A stretch of 63,915 nucleotides of DNA, counting the filler, from Chiloscyllium plagiosum (taxonomy: Eukaryota), in assembly GCF_004010195.1 (NCBI RefSeq). It is 6 parts of one record of this genome, joined end to end, with 100 filler letters (N's around TTAATTAATTAA, not from the genome) between each part and the next. Parts side by side here need not be neighbours in the genome. Positions count along the whole stretch, not along the records: positions 12,549 to 25,868 come from NC_057715.1; 5 more parts are not named here. The stretch is one strand, 5' to 3'. Of the stretch, positions 12,549 through 25,515 are shown in pieces (within the stretch, counting starts at the first letter, position 1; every line of letters starts with the position of its first letter). The notes under the pieces are model-generated. The model was not told where the DNA came from and made no database searches. It saw nothing but the letters and a program-made list of their open reading frames with translations. The translations under genes and the position numbers were made by a program.

Positions 12549-12910
12549 GTTCGATGTCACGGCGTGTATTAAATTCATTGATGCGTGGACGGAGGGGGAT
12601 GAAGGTGAGTCCTTTGCTGAGGACTGATCGTTTGTCCTTAGTGAGGGGGAGGTCTGGAGGGCTGGTGAAAACTCGGCAGGGCTGGGAGCTGGGATCTGGT
12701 GTGGGTATGGAGCTGGGAGTAGGGGCAGAGCCGGTAACTGGAATGGATGTGGTGGTGGGGGGAATGGGGGTGGAACATGAGCAGGGGTGGTGCCTTCAGG
12801 CACCCTGTCTGTATTCCTGATGAAGGGATTTTGCCCGAAACATCGATTTTACTGCTCCACAGATGCTGCCTGAACTGCTGTGCTTTTCCAGCACCACTAA
12901 TCCAGAACCA
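12549..12910 (-). mobile_element. Penelope-like element ORF N-terminal fragment joined to an inverted pLTR with a decayed hammerhead
   Basis: Minus-strand translation PCRVFTSPPDLPLTKDKRSVLSKGLTFIPLRPRINEFNTRRDIE contains the PLE N-terminal LSKGLxFxP motif. Plus strand 12817-12845 reads CTGATGAAGGGATTTTGCCCGAAACATCG. Confidence 0.75.
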
Positions 12911-14212
12911 AATAATTGCATGAAGCAAATCCCCTACCTGAGCTTCAAGCATGTGGTAGATGGATTTTGTTTTTGATCTAACTGTGTGGAAGCTGGCACA
13001 TGACAGGAACTTGCAGTTGCACTGATTGTAATATCTCAATGATGAAATTGCAGAAGTGTATGGACAACAAGTGAGCTCCAACTGGTGTTAGCACAACCTT
13101 GGATAATCAGCCCGATGATGTCATTTACCCTATCAAGTATTTCGCTGACTTGCACTCTCTACCGTACATAATTCTACATTATATCATTCTTTCCCAACCT
13201 GCTTATAATAAACAATACTTTGTAGATTATTTATGTTATTTATAATGGACTGAAATTGAGAACTGTGTTCAGTCCTTGTGAAGTGATGCCCTGAACATTT
13301 AATCTCAATTTCTCATAGGCCCAAACTACATCGAGCACAATTATGGTGGAATTGTCTCAACGGTTTGTTTTATTGTGGATGTAATTTGTTCGTATGTCAG
13401 TAATAAATTGCCTTCAACTGGAATGGAGTTAATTATTGGAAAAATGTAAAAACCATTGGGAAGAATATTTAATGAGGCACTGATGCACTCACATGGCATG
13501 TTGTACTAAGTTAATATATCTTGTGCATATTGTCATGATGCTGACAAGAGAAGTGTGCAAGAAATCTGGCCCTACTATTCCATAAGCCATACCAAAGTAT
13601 TTTGATGATAAAGTAAGATAATTATACTTGCACAAAGAGTTTTCACTAGGCTCACCAAGAAATTGTTTAAGAAGCAAAAATGTTTTAAATGTGTAGTCCA
13701 ATTGGTTATCAATCCAGCTACTTTGCAGGACTTAACTATATCACTGTTAATACCAACTCACACAGATTCATACACTGACAGGACAAGACAATGCAGCTCT
13801 GTCAGGCAATTATGAGTGAATAAATAGGAAAATACCCATTGATCAAGAGTCCAGACTAAAAGGGTGGAATGAAATGATTTTCTCACAGTTCCTTTGTCTT
13901 TCTGTCAACAAGATCCAGTTATTGCCAGTTGCTAACTGATGAGAGACCCTCAGTTCGCATAAAAGGTCATGTGGACCCAGGTCTTAGATTGAATTTGAAG
14001 TTCAAAATTCAGACTGAGGTCAAGGATTCTGATTCCTGTAATACTATCAAGTACCTAGAGAATATTTTAATGAAATATTTCTTCAACAGATTTTCTTTAA
14101 AGGTTATATTGTGACTGAGAGGAGGAGGAGATGTTTTCCTTCTCAGCAGGTTATTCCAGCTTGGGAACAGGTTCCAAGTCTGTGACACAACAGAAACCAA
14201 AATCCAGAGGCT

Positions 14213-14225
14213 GTTGCTAGGCAAC
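14213..14225. promoter_or_regulatory. RFX X-box/EF-C-type palindrome GTTGCTAGGCAAC
   Basis: Near-perfect inverted half-sites GTTGCY-N-GGCAAC in non-repetitive sequence. No functional evidence. Confidence 0.35.
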
Positions 14226-17167
14226 CTTCAGCACTAGGCTCATTCTAAACTTCTGTCTGTCTGTTTGTCTGGCAATTATAAATCATTAAGCATTCTCTTA
14301 TCTCTATTGTAATTTTTTTTTTCCAAAGTCACTTGACTTTTTGCAAATACCACTCTCGATTCTTTTGACCTTTTGACTTTTACATTTCAAAAGTCACTTA
14401 AAACCTGAGAATTATGCAAATCTTCATTTTTCTAACTCACATTGTCTATAAATGCTTGTCATCTCAATTATATTCTATTGACTTTGTGGTTACTATTATT
14501 CAGTAAGTGTATCATGCCTATAACTCAATCTATCTGGTTTTCCTTGAAATAATAGCAAATTGAGGTGAAAGCAGTTGTGCTATTTTCAGATTGTTTGATC
14601 AACAAGCTGTATTGTTTTGCATTTTTAAAGTGTTGACCATGTTAAGTGAATATTTCTATTTTCAAGGGGCAGGAAGTTCTTAGATGTTGGTAACTTATTT
14701 GTTTTAAAACAAACAAAAGTAAGTGATCCAAAGATGTTCTGGATGAATCAAAGTCCAATTTGGTTTTACCTAATGAGGAACAAATTGAGTGGTTTATTGA
14801 AAAACAATGAAAAATCAAATAAGTCCTCAGAAGCAATTGTACTGAATTAAGAAGAGAAATATAATTTATCACTTGCTAAATTTAAATCAACAAATTAGCC
14901 ACCAAAAATAAAGAACCAATTAGTGTGACACTAGAAAGATAAAACAGTAACAATATATACATATATAAAATGAAGATCACAAATGATGATAGGCTTGAAA
15001 CAATGCAGGTAGTCTTTGCATTTTGCAGAATACAGCTGGAGAAAACAGTAGGACATTCATCCCCTTGAACCTGCTCCATCAATCACAGTAGACTAATGCT
15101 GATTTGTAAATTTACTCCAGTATATCCATGTTTACACATTTCTTTTGATTCCCTTACCCAATAAAAATATAGAAATATTTGTCTTCACAGCCTTTTGGGG
15201 AGAGAATTTCAAATGTTGAGCTCCCACTCCCTGTTCCTAATGAGGCAGTGAATGTGTCTTTTAGCCACTAATTAGTCAACTGAGGCAAACTCGCTGTCCT
15301 TATCGCTATTCAAGGCTGAATTCAGTGTCCCAACTAAAATGCAAGTCCTGCCTCTAATAGGGTGATTGTCCACTATTCTGTTCCCTGGAATTTTCTGGGC
15401 TCTCTCATCTGGGTGTAACAAGCATACACTTTTAAGTAAGTAGAGGCCCAACAACTCTGCGTTAATATGTTAACAGGGGATGGTCCCACCGTACATCCAT
15501 TTATTTGTTCATTGGGTATCTTGAGTGGAAACCGATACAAGAGCTTGTCCAAAGAATCCATATAACAGAGCATTGGCAGTAGTGCAGGGAGCAAACATTT
15601 TTATTTTTCAAAATTTGCTCCTCCCCTTTCCACACTGCAGGTCAAAAGTGCTGGTTGTGGTAGTGAGGAATGTACTTGAATATACTCCAAAATTCTCATC
15701 ACTGTTCAGACATCGGACCTGACCAAGGAGCAAGGCTGTGCAAGTGTGTGCTCAGGGTAAGCAAATTGCTCAGGGTAGGAAAAACATTTTGCACTTACTT
15801 CCTCTTGAGATGCACTACAGTTGTCCATTTCCTGTACAGAAAAGAATCTATTCTGACACATTCTTATTAATTAAGCAGTGATAAACAAGAAACGAATTTC
15901 TAAGAGACCGTAGCTCAGTGTGGACCATCTGGTAAACGAAACAATAAACCTTCGATTTGTTTTCAAATAGTAACTATCAAATATTAAAATACTAAAAGAG
16001 ACAGTTTGCCTGTGTTTGTTGTGCATTTTGCTAGTATCTTCACGCAGCTGATGTATTCTGAACAGCGGTGGAGGCAGTTGTTTCTAACTCTCAACTATTT
16101 ACTTGGTCTTTGACCACACTACTGAGCTACTGAATCAGTATAAAATGAATTAGTCTCAAACAACATTACATGCTGGAAGAATTTCATTTGTCCTGAAATA
16201 AAGAAACTTCTAATAATATCTATGAAAACTTCAAAGAGTACTTAGAGAAAGTCTGTCAAAGAATGTGTTCAAAGTTGCTATGAAAGGAAATAGATTAACT
16301 AGGGTGGAGTATGATGGTTCCATTCTGGCTGTAACTAAGAATTGAGTCTTCTAACTTGTCAGATTGAATGGACTGCAATGCTTGCCAGATTTGTGGAGAA
16401 ATGTATCTTATGCGGGATTTTATTTGTGGCTGACATCTCCTTCAAAGAATTGAATATAAATTAGAAACAGCTGTCGAAGAGAAATGTTTGAGGTAATCTT
16501 TTTCACTGCGTTAGGGGATCAGGGTTTATTTATTTTAAAATACCAAACCAGATTGTGTTCCCTGTGTTGGAATTGTGTATGCTACTATATTGCCATAGGA
16601 ACTGCAATTTCAGATGAATAAACACCATTTATTGCCAGTAGCAATATTAGAATTAGATTATACTACCATTTGGGGACGTAGGAGGTGATTTTAAACTCCG
16701 GATCCAAGCCAGTTCAAAATGGTTTAGAACTAATACAAATTCCACCTAAAATGTCACCTGTAAATAGCACTTAACCTATTTGGAAAAAAAAATCACAACT
16801 GCAGTTGAAAACTGAACCTGTAATTTTTTTATATATATGAGGAAGTAATTGCATCTAAATGGCACTTATAAGAATTAACAATTGAAATGGATTGACATAA
16901 GGGAACAATATTCAGAAAGCTTTGAGTGTACCTTAACATTCAATTAATTATCAGTCATTCCTAGCAGTAAAAGACCAGTTGATTAAACAGACATGACTGG
17001 AAGGGAAGAAAACTCCCTGTAGACATGACTTTGAGGCAGAAGGTGGAAAAGCTTGGCACCAAAGTCATTTATTGATGTGCATTAACATGAAGGTGGCAAC
17101 TGTGAGGAGTGGCATATCCCATCATTCCCATGGGTCAACATTACAGTATGCCTGTAAGAAACCAGAC

Positions 17168-17475
17168 TCATAGAATCTCTGCAGTGTGGAAGCAGGCCAT
17201 TCAGCCCATTGAGTCCACACCAACCTCTGAAGAGCATCCGTCCAGACTCACAACATCTTACACTGCTATCCATGTACCTCTGCATTTCCGATGGCTAATC
17301 CACCTAGCCTGCACATCCTTAGACTGTGGGAGGAAACAGGAGCACCCAGAGGAAACCAACACAGATACAGCAAGAATATGCAAACTCCACACAGACAGTA
17401 TCCAAGAGTGGAATCAAGCCCAGATCTCTGGCACTGTGAGGCAGCAGTTCTAACCATTGAGCCATTATGCCGCCC
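17168..17475 (-). mobile_element. HE1-type V-SINE
   Basis: Reverse complement of the 32427-32730 family. Confidence 0.82.
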
Positions 17476-18299
17476 AAGATGAAGTCAAGTTTCAGGTCAC
17501 AACTGAACATTACTAATTTAGCCTTTACAAGCTATATATAGTTTTACATCTTCACCTGAGCTGTGCCAGTACCTGAGGAAACACGTCCCATCATGGTTGT
17601 CAGTATGAATGAAGAAGTGAGGTAATAAACTCGCTGCGGCCTGTCAGCTAACTCTGGTTTTTGCTCAGAATTTGTTGATCATGCATTATGAGATTAGCTT
17701 TCCAAGAATCATCAAGTATAAGGTTATTTAGGCATTGAAGTCTCAGGAGGTGGGTGATTATGGCAGGGGTGTGGAGGGGAGCTCCTGGCATTACTTCCCT
17801 GAGAAAAGTGAATGTCCATCTGCAATACGGCTTTCCGGTTTCATCACTTTTGGTACCTGCACTTCCATATCTGAGAATGTGGTGGTCTGGTGTCCCTCTA
17901 TTTGATCCTGGGCCTTTGCACATACCAATTTAGGGATTCCCCTCAGAAAACTTGTACCAGGAAAGAGAACTGTATAAAGTATTTAATTCGCAACACTAGG
18001 TCTTAAGATTTCCAAAAGTCCAATTGTTAGTAGGATATGTGGCTAAAAGGAATTCATCGATATTTACCTACTCCAATCTGCACCCTTGCCTGAGAAGTTG
18101 ATTCACAGGCCAGTTCCCACTATGTGATCGGCGAATGTGGCGACCAACATATTTTCCAGCTGCAGAACAGAGCTGGTGCTTTCCTTGCCCCCTTCCAAAA
18201 TGTTGGTAACACTCCCATTTGCTTTTGATTGGAGCTTTGAGCATTTAACTAAGCCTTAAATTTAAACAGTTCAAAATCTGAAGAGCTAATTTTTTATCT

Positions 18300-18625
18300 T
18301 ATGAAATGGGCATCACCAGCAAGACCAGCATGTGTTGCCTGTCTCAACTTAGCCTTTAACTGATTTGTTTTGCTGTTTTAGAGGGCACTTAGGAGTTGGC
18401 CACATTGGCTTACATATGACACCAACATTCCTGAAGGACATTAGTGAACCAATGGATTTTAATGACAATCAATGCTGGTTTCATGGTCCCCATTACTAAG
18501 ACTAACTGACAATTCTACATTTTTATTAATGAAATTTAAATTTCATCACCAGGCTCTGCTCGGATTTGAATCCATGTCCCCAGAGTATTTAATTGGGATT
18601 ACTAATCAGGGACATTACCATTAAA
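18300..18625 (-). mobile_element. SINE of the same family as 54648-54960
   Basis: cctgaaggacattagtgaacca is the reverse complement of the central domain. Confidence 0.6.
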
Positions 18626-21600
18626 CTGCTGGTATGTACAACTTGGCATCTGGAAGAGCCTCAGTCAGAAGAAACTATCTCCGAGGAACCTCATGTATGA
18701 AGGGACAGAATTCTTTGAGAACACCCGTTTGCAAGAGGAAGTACAGAAAAGGAAGAGGAGAAAGAAATGCCCATGATCTCCAGGCCAAGAACCAATTGCA
18801 CCTTCTGGAAACACTTGCCATTGTGGGCTTGGAGATGCATCTTGAGAATTGGGCTCATCCGCCACACAAGGACCTACAGAACCCGTGACCAGTAAGACAA
18901 TATAACCTAGTTGTAAAATCACACTTTTCAGTGAGTGATTGCCAGAAAGCCGATAACAATAGTAAAAGTACACACAGTATAGATTTAACATAATAATCAG
19001 TCATAGCGACTCCAGATGGAGATCTGGGCTTTTCTATTCAGATATCAGTACTATAAGCAAAAAATAATGGGGACCTCATTTCAGCCAAGAACCATATCAG
19101 AAATATACTTAGAAATTTTTGATATGATATTTCAGATCTTGAATGCTGCATCTGCAAAAATAAATACCCATTAAATTGCTTCAAAGGTTTTTGACCAGTC
19201 CTTCAGCTTCATTGAATCCTTTAAAATCTTTGCTATGAGTGTGGGACTTGCACAACCAGCACTGTGATCACCAATGGCACAAAACCGAGATAAAATTAAC
19301 TTTAAACTACCAACTTGTATTAAAGGCATAAAAGTATCATCAAAGGAATAAATGCAGATTTCAGGGGTTTGTACTCAATTTATCCCTGTACAGTTTCTGC
19401 AAGGGAGGAGTGAAGTGAGTACTGTTGCATGCTGCTGATTCTCTCTGCTTTCACTAAAGCACTGGCACCAAGTGGTATTAGTGTTAAAGATTTACTTTTA
19501 TATAACTTGTTATACTTGGTTAATTTATTTTTCTACCACAACTAATATATCAGGCATTAAAAGCAGAAATAAGCTCTAAATGAACGTTGATTTTCAGAGT
19601 AATTTGCTGCCAGCATTAATGAAATTGAATATAGTATGATTCAAATCTTTATAACTTTCCATTACATCAGTTTCAGATATGAAATACATTGCCACCTGTT
19701 TGCTAGAACTTTAGTAATGTCTAATCTCAACTCTTGCTTTAACTTGCTTTTGCTTTAAATCTAAAAACACGAGTGTGATTTTCATGTGGTGTAGTATATG
19801 GCTAGACTTGTCGTAAATATTCAGTATGACATGCAGGATGTCTACAGTTCTGGTTGCTTTGAGACTTGACAGTGCTGTTGCAGATATCCACAGACAAAGC
19901 TAAACACGAGTGAGAGAGACCAGACATACTACACTGCCCATCTGCAATTTAGCTGTTATTTCCATCAACACCCTTTGTGATGTTTTGTCTGAATACCAGG
20001 AAGTAGACTAAGCAAATGAAAATGATGTAATGCAAAATAATGGATTGAAGGATGGATGGCAAGAAAATGTGGTTGGGATCCAGAGTCTGACATCAGGATA
20101 CAAGAGGTATGAGTACGCATGGTCTTTTGAAAGAAGTACCAGTGTTCAGATTTCTCTACTACAAACACATCTGATTTTCTTTTGAGGGAACATATATTTT
20201 TAGTTCAATAAATTAATAACATTTTCATAAGACATATTTTTGTTGTGATGTCAAGTCAGAGTTCCTTTTCACACATGAAAATTTGCTGATGCCACATCTT
20301 TTAAATATTTAATCTCTTCTATCAATTCCTAATAATTGTAGCATTACTTTAAGGGAATTCATTCTTTTTAGAACAGTCCTTAAAACATTTTCTATGTGTT
20401 TGAAATGGGTGAAAAGTCATAAAGCTACTTTGGTGTTATGATAAAGTCATACTGGAGTGATAAAGTGATTTGTTACAGCACACGGGTCTTTTCTGGATTT
20501 AGTCTTAGGCAATGAAAATATTTTTTCACTAAGCTTTAACAAAACGTGGAGCAATTGGCAACTGGTCATTGTCATAAAGTTATGCAAAACAGCTGCATTT
20601 TAACAAATAGAGTTGGCAAGTTGTATTATCTCCTAATGCAATACTAAATATATTTTTAGAAACTTCAGTGTTGGGGATTATACTAGTCTATCTGCACGGT
20701 AGATATTAAAGTGTCAAAATGTTTACAAGTGATTGTTAAAGATACTACTTGTTAAGTGAATTTTGCTCAATAAAGGAGTATTGACTGAAGGCAAGACCAG
20801 GTTTTCTGAGGTGGAGTTGCCTGGCTTGGGACAAGTTGATCCATACACACATACAGCCCAGGGTGAACCCATGTTCCAGATGTAAAGATTTGAGAGCTAC
20901 TTTCCTGATGTATGAAATTATAATTGTTCCACTGTAATTTATCGTAATTGTTAACTTTCACAGCAGTTTCCATAGGTCCTTACAACTGCAAAAAGCAGAA
21001 CAAAATTTGGAACATTGCCATCTGTTCAGGCAGTCTGCTTAATATCAGAATACAGGTGCCAAAAGACTGGAAAGGCATGTTTAGTACAGATACAACACAT
21101 CTTTTGATTATATCCATACTCTTTGAATGAAGAGTTGTTCATTTTCCTTCTACCTTTTTCAGGATGTTGTGTTTCGAAGGTGCTGTTTCGTCTAGATCGT
21201 TAGCTGAGGAGTATTTATGTGTATTTTTAATTACAATGTTGATTTTCAGTTCATCAAAAAATCTGTACTTGCATATTTATGATTTTGTAATCCATTTCAA
21301 TCAACTGCAGTTCCGCAAAAAAATAACTGCTTTATATAGTATTCAGACTGAATAGCATCAAGGTCTTTCAATCTACTTTGGCTTTTCAGTCGATATTTGA
21401 ACCAATGAGCCTATTTTTATGGAAAATTAGTAATTTGGTGAAGACATGAACTGAAAAATGGAAGTATTGATCCATCCTCCAAATGTCAATACTGAATGGA
21501 GCTACAGCCAATAGACTGAAGAAAATATTCAAATGGCAGAGATTCAGTCGGTGTCTAATCATTGTAGCATTTAATTACATCACAGCCATAAATAGAATAA

Positions 21601-21720
21601 GCACTATTCTAAGCAATATACAGTTGTATCAGTTTGAATTAATCCATAAAATCAGCTTCAAAGCTCATTGGTCTTTCAGTTCCTGTGCTGTGGACATGAA
21701 GTAGATCATTTTATTTTGTG

Positions 21721-21921
21721 ATTTGGAGGAGCCGGTGTTGGACTGGGGTGTACAAAGTTAAAAATCACACAACACCAGGCTATAGTCCAACAGGTTTATT
21801 TGGAGGCACTAGCTTTTGAAGTGCTGCTGCTTCATCAGCTAGTTGTGAAGGAGCAGCACTTCGAAAGCTAGTGCCTCCAAATAAACCTGTTAGACTATAA
21901 CCTGGTGTTATGTGATTTTTA
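21721..21921. mobile_element. Penelope-like inverted-repeat element, family A, with 13-bp target-site duplication (TSD)
   Basis: About 80-bp inverted arms plus an unpaired tail of about 30 nt. TSD attttattttgtg at 21708-21720 and 21922-21934. Decayed hammerhead motifs in both arms. Confidence 0.75.
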
Positions 21922-22169
21922 ATTTTATTTTGTGGTATTTAAATAGAATTTAAGGCCAGGTCTTTTGTCGTCCTCATATTGTAGAAGATATCGTAGCAAG
22001 TTGTTGAGAACAGGTATCTATAAAAAAAAAACACCAGAATTCAAGTAATATGTAAATAAGCCAGAATATGATTAGAGTTGCCCTACACTTCATCCTCCTT
22101 TTAATTGTTCAGCCTTTAGAGGGATTCCAGTAGAAGCAGATGATATGCCTGGTATGATCCCTACATTCC

Positions 22170-22635
22170 CTATGATCCACCAATGGCACCTCCCTCCACT
22201 GTTGATTCTCAGTAGCAAGTGTGTCCCATCTACAAGAAATTCATGAAGGTTCCTTAGACACTATTTTCAAAATCCATGACCACGACCATCTAGAATGACA
22301 AGGTCGGCAGATGCATGGGAACACTACCTCTTGCAAGTCCTTGTCAAACCCACTCACCATCCTGTCTGTACTTTCTGTGCCAAGGAGTCAAAAACATGAA
22401 ATTCGCTCTCGATCAGATTTTGGGTCAACTTACACAAAATAGACAGTTCAAGAAGGCAGCTCACCATCATCCATGATGCCTCACAGCCGTGTAACCAATT
22501 TCATGACATTTTAATAGCCTTGAATGTTAAAGGTAAAATCAAACTCCCAAGTTTCACCAGCTCACCATCATCTTGTCAAAGGCACTAGGGACAGGCAATA
22601 TAAATTGCCAGTAACACCCACATCCCTTGTCTGAA
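22170..22635 (+). mobile_element. 3' fragment of the second CR1/L2-group LINE family
   Basis: gaccatctagaatgacaagg...gttcaagaaggcagctcaccatcat, the reverse complement of the 4215-4560 type sequence. Confidence 0.65.
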
Positions 22636-24247
22636 TGCATAAAATATTATTTTTTTTTAGGAAGGCAATTGCCAGTTTTTAACAGAATACCAACAGGAAC
22701 ACACAAAGCCAGAAGTTATAAGAGTCATAGAGAGTCATGCAGCATGGAAACAGACCCCTTAGTATGGCTCGTCCATGTCGACCAAGTCTTCTAAACTGAA
22801 CTAGTCCCATTTGCCTGTGTTTGGTCCAAATCCCTCGAAACCATTCCTATTCATGTACCTGTCCAAATGTCTTTTCAAATGTTGTAATTGTACACGTCTC
22901 TGCCACTTTCTCTGGCAGCTCATTCCGTATATGCAACACCCTCTGTGAAAAAGTTGTCCCTCAGGCTCATTTTAAATCCTTCTTCTCTCACCTTAAACCT
23001 ATGCCATCTAGTTTTGGACTCCCCTACCCTTAGAAAAAGACCTTGGCTATTCTCCTTATCCATGTCTCTCATAGTCCAGGGAAAAAAGTCCCAGCCTATT
23101 CAGCTTCTCCTTGTAAATCAGAGCCTCTAGTCCCAGCAAAATGCTGTAAACATTTTTCTAAACCCTTCCAGTTTAATAACCCCTTCCGTTTGGCAGGGTG
23201 ACCAGAATTGTATGCAGTATTCCAATAGGGTTTCACCAATGTCTTGTACAGCTGCAATATGATCCCAAGTCCTATACTCAATGCTCTGACCAATGAAAGC
23301 AAGTGTGCCACATGCCACCTTCACATTTACCACCCTGCAATGCCATTTTCAAGGAACTATGAACCTGCACCCTTCGGTCCATCTGTTCAATAACACTCCC
23401 CAGGGCCCTATCATTAACTGTGTAAGTCCTGTCCTAATTTGCCTTACCAAAATGCTTGCATTTATCTAAATTAAAATCTATCTGCCACTTCTCAGTCTTT
23501 AGCCCACCAAATGAAGGTTTTTTATTTGACGTGTATCTGATGATAGCTTTTATGTCATCACCTGAAGTTGCTGAATTGATGCCTAAGTGTCTCTCATTGA
23601 GATACTTTCAATTTGAAATTTGAAAAATTAATAGTAGTAATATTTCCAGTGAATAGCTCATCATTAAATTATTTACATGTTAATGCTGAAGCCCAGTGTC
23701 TCAGAATATTTTGCACATCTTGTCATTTATACAGTTATTAGGAACTGAGAGCAATTTGCGTTCCAGAGCAGAATTCCAGGAATGAAAAATATCTTAGACC
23801 GGCTGACAGAAACAGGTATTAATTCAAAGAATCTATAAATACATTATGTATCATCAAGACAAGGTAAACATATACCTATACTTGTTGTCAGTTTATGCTC
23901 CAATGTCACTTTAGTGCAATAAAATCCTGCTGGAGAAGCTGAGGTGTAGTATTCCCTGTAGATGCTGCATTTATAAAACATTCACCATGAGAGTACTTCT
24001 TGAGGTAACAGAAAGGCAAGCAATGTAACTGCATCTTAGGGATGTAACACAGGACAGCACGATGAGGAGAGACATTTAGCCTCTTGTATATTAACCAAAA
24101 TGATCATGACAACCATCCATCCCTGCCTGCAAATCCATTTTGTGTTAATGTCAGCTGCACTCCACAAGGCCTCGCAGCCATGTAACCAATTTCATGACAT
24201 TTTAATAGCCTTGAGTGTTAAAAGTGAAAAAAAACTCACAAGTTTCA
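22478..24247 (+). repeat. 79-bp dispersed direct duplication (22478-22556 and 24169-24247)
   Basis: Shared core tgtaaccaatttcatgacattttaatagccttga, with several mismatches in the flanks. Confidence 0.92.
22720..23500 (-). mobile_element. CR1 (HER1-type) LINE 3' portion
   Basis: agagtcatag tail; LQLYKTLV and LLEYCIQFWSP on the minus strand. Confidence 0.88.
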
Positions 24248-25515
24248 TAAGTAGAATGCTTATTCTTTTTTTGACATGATTAATATTTCTGTACATTGAT
24301 TCACTCAACCTTTTTCTATTACTAATTTGCAACAAAAAGAATTATGCAGAATTAAAATGCTAAAACATTTTCTCTCCGTTAAAAGAATGAAATAGCATGC
24401 ATTAAATGATGCACAATAATGACCATGGACATAGATTCTCAGAGGATTCTTTAAGCGCTTGAGGTCTGCTATATCCTGCTCAGCATGCCAAAACAATTGA
24501 ATTATTTGTGCACTTCCTGTAACCACCTCAGTTAAATATATGAGGCATCTGTATTTATGATAACTATATCTCCATTACAACATCAATTAACAACAAAAAT
24601 TAAACTTAATCAATATACTCCCAGTTAATCTTGGACGGTCTGCTCTGCTCTTATTTGAGATAACAATGACTGTTAGAAGTGGCTAGAGTTACAGAATATA
24701 ACTCTGGCTTTGGAAGGCATTTGCAGTCCATGACTGAAATCATAATATCAAGAACACGTGGTGTTTACATAAACATTACGTGATATCTATGAATTAACAT
24801 GAACTTAATGCATTTGGCATTAAGATTTGTTTTTGACACTGAATCATTGGATGGCTGCAGTATTTGAACAAATGCTGGCTCACTGCAAGAACAATGTAAC
24901 CACTTCCACACCCTTTCCCTATGGCCCTACAAATTTATTATCTACAGATGCTTTTGCTATTCAACATTGAAAACTACAATTAAATTTGCCTCCACCACCC
25001 TCACAGGGAGTGCATTCCAGATCCTAACCCCTCCTACAATGTAAGAAAGAATATTACCACATGTTGCCTCAGATTCTTCTGTGTCTGCTTCTCACTCAGC
25101 CAATGAGAAATATTTCCACCTATCAATTTTGTCCAGACTAGTCATGACCTTTGAACATCAGATTGCTTTCAACCTTCTCTTAAGGACATTTCTACTTTCT
25201 TCAATCTTTCCTTCAAACTGAAGTCCTTCAGCCCTGGAACCATATTGTAATTTTGTTTTTGTATTAAAGCTTTCATATCATTCTTAGAGTGTGGTGCTCA
25301 GAACTGGGAAGAAAGATTAAATAGAATTGCATTGAAATATGCAAATATCTGAAGTAAAATGTTTCATCCTTGGGGTGGAAAGTGTTGGTGGGGGGGGGAG
25401 GGGGAGGTGTATACGATACTGGAGAAACCCTTTCAATTTCTATAACTACCCAGAATATCATTTTGATTAATCCTCCATCTTTTCTGATGTAAACTTAACA
25501 AAATTGTTTGAATAA

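Noticed and set aside
13035..13150. Possible exon (NDEIAEVYGQQ|gtgag) or C/D-box snoRNA
   Set aside because: In-frame stop with no acceptor upstream; the C box is imperfect and there is no terminal stem.
21721..21921. pre-miRNA or DNA-transposon MITE interpretation of the hairpins
   Set aside because: The one-sided tail, variable-length TSDs, embedded hammerhead motif and (for family B) linkage to PLE ORF sequence fit Penelope inverted pLTRs better.
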